Below are positions 63,961-64,000 of a stretch of 64,000 bases of DNA, in pieces. The translations under genes and the position numbers were made by a program. Position 1 is the first letter of the stretch; every line of letters begins with the position of its first letter. A model generated the notes under the pieces. The model made no database searches and was not told where the DNA came from. It saw nothing but the letters and a program-made list of their open reading frames with translations. Origin of the DNA: Guillardia theta CCMP2712 (Eukaryota; Protista; Cryptophyta); assembly GCF_000315625.1 (NCBI RefSeq), contig NW_005434627.1:512592-576591 (forward strand). Reading direction: 5' to 3'.

Positions 63961-64000
63961 TTTAAGTAGAGATAGACAGATGGGCTGCGAGTGAAAATCG

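Overview
Eukaryotic nuclear DNA, probably from a cryptophyte such as Guillardia (inferred from the 18S fragment, TTTAGGG repeats and short GT-AG introns). The left half (1-34 kb) is ordinary spliced genes: an AMFR/HRD1-like RING-CUE E3 ligase, Pol5/MYBBP1A, a 15-kb gene for a giant Cys-rich repeat surface protein, an unknown coiled-coil gene, CKS1 (missed by the ORF track) and a PPR gene. The right half (35-64 kb) is a patchwork of mobile DNA. (1) A head-to-tail array of ORF1-only retroelements, most separated by a 17-18 nt TAGGGTTTAGGGTTTAG(G) spacer, which suggests telomere-repeat targeting. (2) An apparently intact 4.6-kb transposon (44328-48939) with a RAG1/Transib-like DDE transposase containing a LysM-like insert and a convergent BAH-like partner gene. 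It has 10-bp TIRs and no TSD, as shown by two empty sites in the window. (3) A 2.1-kb TIR element with a 3-bp TSD. (4) A Crypton-type tyrosine recombinase gene inside 400-bp TIRs flanked by TTTAA repeats. (5) LTR/chromodomain relics, a CKS1 + 18S/ITS1 capture junction, and an intronless virus-like block with a VP39-type cap 2'-O-methyltransferase. All family assignments come from motif recognition by eye; no database search was run.
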